Positions 26,651 through 29,000 of a DNA stretch of 29,000 bases are shown here, one piece after another (within the stretch, counting starts at the first letter, position 1; each line of letters starts with the position of its first letter). Both the position numbers and the translations under genes were made by a program. The stretch spans positions 1 through 29,000 of the forward strand of contig JBGPFC010000043.1 in NCBI GenBank assembly GCA_041483195.1, in the 5' to 3' direction. The notes under the pieces are model-generated. The model did no database searches. It was not told the origin of the DNA and saw nothing but the letters and a program-made list of their open reading frames with translations. Source of the DNA: Candidatus Eiseniibacteriota bacterium. GTDB taxonomy: Bacteria > Eisenbacteria > RBG-16-71-46.

Positions 26651-28650
26651 TCGCGCCCCTGCCGCTCGCGCCGGATCGCGCGCCCGGCGACGCCGGCTTC
26701 GACGTGGTCGTGGTGGGCGGCGGCCACGCCGGGTGCGAGGCGGCCGTCGCGTGCGCGCGCATGGGCCTCCACACCGCGCTCCTCACCGTGAACCTCGCCG
26801 ACGTCGCGAAGATGTCGTGCAACCCCGCGGTGGGCGGCATCGCGAAGGGTCACATGGTGCGGGAGATCGACGCGCTCGGCGGCGTCATGGGGCTGGTGAC
26901 CGACCGCGCGGGGATCCAATTCAAGATGCTGAACCGCGGCCGCGGCCCGGCCGTGTGGTCGCCGCGCGCGCAGTGCGACAAGTCGCTCTACTCGATCGAA
27001 ATGGCGCGCCTGCTGGCCGGCGTGCCGGGCCTCGAGCGCGTCGCGGGGATCGCGCACCACGTGCGTCTCGAGGGCGGCGCGGTCGCCGCGATCGAGCTGG
27101 ACGACGGGCGCAGGTTGCGCTGCCGCGCGGCGGTCATCACGCCCGGCACGTTTCTCAACGGGCTCATCCACATCGGCCCGCGCCAGATCGAGGGCGGACG
27201 CATCGGCGAGCACGCGGCACGCGCGCTGAGCGAGTGCCTCGCCGAGCTGGGCCTCGAGCGCGGGCGGCTCAAGACCGGCACGCCGCCGCGCCTCGATCGC
27301 GCCTCGATCGACTGGGACGCGATGACGCCGCAGCCCGGCGACGATCCGCCGCAGCCGTTCTCGCATTGGACCGAACGGCTCGAGCTCGATCAGGTGCTGT
27401 GCTGGCTCACCAGCACCAACGCACGCACCCACGGCGTGATCCGCGACAATCTCCGGCACTCGCCGCTGTATTCGGGCGCGATCAAGGGCACGGGGCCGCG
27501 CTATTGCCCGTCGATCGAGGACAAGGTTGTGAAATTCCCGGAGCGGACCTCGCACCACGTCTTTCTGGAACCCGAGGGCCGCGAAGTTCGCGAGATCTAC
27601 GTGAACGGCATGTCGTCGAGCATGCCAGAGGAGATCCAGCTCGCCTTCGTGCGCACCGTGCGCGGGCTCGAGCGCGCCGAGATGCTGCGTCCCGGCTACG
27701 CCGTGGAGTACGACTTCGTGCTGCCGCACCAGCTCCGTTCCACCCTCGAGGTGCGGACGGTGCCGGGGCTCTTCCTCGCCGGCCAGATCTGCGGCACCTC
27801 GGGCTACGAGGAAGCGGCGGCGCAGGGGTTCATCGCCGGCGTCAACGCCGCGCGTCGCGTGCGCCGCGAGCCGGCTCTGGTGCTGCGCCGCGACCAGGCG
27901 TACGTCGGCGTCCTGATCGACGACCTCGTCACGCGCGAGCATCGCGAGCCCTATCGCATGTTCACATCGGCCGCCGAACACCGGCTGCTGCTGCGCGCGG
28001 ACAACGCCGATGAACGGTTGAGCGAGATCGGCCACGCGCTCGGGCTGCTGAGCCGCGAGCAGCTCGATCGCGTGCGCGCGAAGGTCGCGGCGATCGAGGC
28101 CGAGGAGCGCCGTCTGACCCGCGTCACGCTGAGGGCGCCCGGGCGCGCCGATCCCAGCGAAGGCGAGGTGCCGGCCGATGCGGCCGGCATTGCGCCCCGC
28201 GAAGAGCACGAGGCCGCGGGCCGCGACGAGCCCGGCGCCGCGCCCGTCCCGGCGCCGCGGGCGATGCGCGCCATCGATTTCATCGCACAACCGGGCGGTT
28301 CCTACGCCGCGCTGCGGACGCGGGGCGTGGAACCCGCGCTGCCCGCGCCATGGGGCGAGTGCCTGGAGGTGCGCGCGCGCTACCGCGGATACATCGACCG
28401 CGAGCGCCGCATCGCCGCGCGCTCGGTCGAGACCGGCCAGATCGCGCTGCCCGAAGCGCTCTGGTCGGGTTCGCTCACCGGGCTATCCCACGAGGCGCGC
28501 GAGAAACTCGTGCGCTGGAAGCCGGAAACGCTGGGACAGGCGGCGCGCATCGCGGGGGTATCGCCCGCCGACATCGCGGTGCTGATGGTTCACGCGCGAC
28601 AGGCTTCGCGATCCTCGGGCGCGCGGCGCGCTCTGGAGCGCGGGACGTGA
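26647..28650 (+). CDS. mnmG: tRNA uridine-5-carboxymethylaminomethyl synthesis enzyme MnmG (GidA)
   Basis: VVGGGHAGCEAA, MSCNPAVGG, RLKTGTPPR, PRYCPSIEDK, GYEEAAAQG and EPYRMFTS; GTG start overlaps the mnmE stop. Confidence 0.98.
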   Translation: MIAPLPLAPDRAPGDAGFDVVVVGGGHAGCEAAVACARMGLHTALLTVNLADVAKMSCNPAVGGIAKGHMVREIDALGGVMGLVTDRAGIQFKMLNRGRGPAVWSPRAQCDKSLYSIEMARLLAGVPGLERVAGIAHHVRLEGGAVAAIELDDGRRLRCRAAVITPGTFLNGLIHIGPRQIEGGRIGEHAARALSECLAELGLERGRLKTGTPPRLDRASIDWDAMTPQPGDDPPQPFSHWTERLELDQVLCWLTSTNARTHGVIRDNLRHSPLYSGAIKGTGPRYCPSIEDKVVKFPERTSHHVFLEPEGREVREIYVNGMSSSMPEEIQLAFVRTVRGLERAEMLRPGYAVEYDFVLPHQLRSTLEVRTVPGLFLAGQICGTSGYEEAAAQGFIAGVNAARRVRREPALVLRRDQAYVGVLIDDLVTREHREPYRMFTSAAEHRLLLRADNADERLSEIGHALGLLSREQLDRVRAKVAAIEAEERRLTRVTLRAPGRADPSEGEVPADAAGIAPREEHEAAGRDEPGAAPVPAPRAMRAIDFIAQPGGSYAALRTRGVEPALPAPWGECLEVRARYRGYIDRERRIAARSVETGQIALPEALWSGSLTGLSHEAREKLVRWKPETLGQAARIAGVSPADIAVLMVHARQASRSSGARRALERGT

Positions 28651-28662
28651 TAAGGTGCGCGC

Positions 28663-29000
28663 GTGAAATTCCGACGCGCTGCGCCGCGCAAGCCGGCTGA
28701 AGATTCCGGCGCGGGTGGTCGAGCCTCCCAGTCGAGCAGGCGCCGAAATCCGAATTACGGCCCGCAATCCCGGGGACCGTCATCCCGGCGATCGAGACCC
28801 GGTTCCCAGCCGTTTCGAGGGGCTGGGGCCAACGCGCGCCCCACCGATTCCGATTCGAGGCCCGGGCGATTTCGCCGCGCAGGGGGCGATCCTCGATCGG
28901 CGCGGCCCGACACGCGTCCGCCGCGGTTCCGCCGCGCGGGGGGCGATGCGCGATCGGCGCGGCCCGACACGCGTCCGCCGCGGTTCCGCCGCGCGGGGGG
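28663..29000 (+). CDS. Partial ORF with low-complexity Arg-rich N-terminus; by synteny possibly RsmG (not shown by sequence in this window)
   Basis: AAGGT RBS then GTG 28663; reads MKFRRAAPRKPAEDSG... and stays open to the window end. Confidence 0.5.
   Translation, partial: MKFRRAAPRKPAEDSGAGGRASQSSRRRNPNYGPQSRGPSSRRSRPGSQPFRGAGANARPTDSDSRPGRFRRAGGDPRSARPDTRPPRFRRAGGDARSARPDTRPPRFRRAG
28873..29000. repeat. 57-bp tandem repeat (2 full copies plus a partial third)
   Basis: Units start at 28873, 28930 and 28987; units 1 and 2 differ at 3 positions; encodes RRAGGD(P/A)RSARPDTRPPRF. Confidence 0.95.

Noticed and set aside
28873..29000. Repeats as a CRISPR array
   Set aside because: Units are head-to-tail with no unique spacers, the period is a multiple of 3 within an open frame, and there are no cas genes in the window.

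Overview
Very GC-rich bacterial chromosomal window. The C-terminal TWGxxKxLYR motifs and gene content suggest Candidatus Eisenbacteria or a related FCB-group candidate phylum (inference). The left half is mostly minus strand: SDR epimerase, queE-queC-queD, a secreted protein, an atypical receiver with a Zn ribbon, two paralogous secreted proteins with a shared C-terminal motif, an ABC exporter with a frameshifted ATPase, a GAF-sigma54 activator, an esterase and a TMTC-like GT-C membrane protein. The middle holds a GAF histidine kinase, a damaged ECF sigma/FecR pair and a HEAT-repeat/HD-GYP pair. The right end is the conserved rpmH-rnpA-yidD-yidC-jag-mnmE-mnmG cluster (no dnaA next to it) and the start of a repeat-rich ORF. 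Best candidates for something new: (1) a long G-U-rich, GNRA-capped hairpin RNA (~8808-8970) just downstream of a near-consensus sigma54 promoter and convergent with the sigma54 activator; (2) the TWG C-terminal putative sorting motif; (3) two sigma28-like GCCGATAAC promoters before signalling genes; (4) two apparent CTG starts in CTGA overlaps. A diverged inverted duplication at the window start, plus several indels, raise questions about assembly quality.
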